Under the pieces are notes generated by a model that made no database searches, was not told the origin of the DNA, and was given only the letters and a program-made list of their open reading frames with translations. This document shows positions 5,426 to 5,475 of a stretch of DNA of 5,475 nucleotides, piece by piece. This stretch comes from a virus (taxonomy: Duplodnaviria; Heunggongvirae; Uroviricota; Caudoviricetes): the IMG/VR virus record IMGVR_UViG_2675903578_000013, one strand, 5' to 3'. The position numbers were made by a program, and so were the translations under genes. Within the stretch, counting starts at the first letter, position 1, and every line of letters starts with the position of its first letter.

Positions 5426-5475
5426 ACGGTAAACAGGGCGGCGAATGCTCTGCCATCGGACGGCACCGCCGTTGC
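5402..5475 (+). CDS. possible start-less variable C-terminal tail-fibre cassette beginning at the crossover site (fragment, continues beyond the right edge)
   Basis: Inference from Mu G-segment and e14 P-region architecture: the cassette next to the invertase-proximal site reads away from the invertase, on the opposite strand, and has no start codon of its own. Consistent with that, only one plus-strand frame is open from 5381 through the site to the window end (…FPENLGLRETVNRAANALPSDGTAVA) and it contains no start codon. The stretch is too short to confirm coding. Confidence 0.2.

Noticed and set aside
1-5475. CRISPR arrays, tRNA or rRNA genes, IS elements
   Set aside because: No regularly spaced repeat-spacer pattern, no tRNA-like cloverleaf candidates noticed, no transposase-like ORFs or terminal inverted repeats seen.

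Overview
This 5475-bp window looks like the accessory end of a temperate phage or prophage, with all recognisable genes on the minus strand in a Mu-like order (crossover site, invertase, com, mom). A 26-bp Gin/Pin/Hin-type crossover site (5400-5425) lies about 65 bp upstream of a serine DNA invertase gene (4762-5334, -), which ends in a hairpin terminator. Further down the same strand is an overlapping com-mom pair (com 1011-1211, mom 320-1057), preceded by an AT-rich control region with clustered GATC sites and followed by a hairpin terminator. Between the invertase and com/mom sits about 3.3 kb of apparent cargo that I cannot assign to any family: one or two large ORFs (2546-4676, -) interrupted by two N-runs, a small operon encoding a 60-aa single-TM protein and an 84-aa acidic protein, a plus-strand promoter-like element followed by a strong terminator with no gene (sRNA candidate), and a divergent 97-aa ORF. 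The invertible segment itself appears to lie beyond the right edge; only one crossover site is visible. No rRNA, tRNA or CRISPR array was seen. The two N-runs (3724-4021, 4212-4481) hide 568 bp of the most interesting gene(s). All family assignments rest on reading the translations by eye and on remembered sequences; no searches were run.
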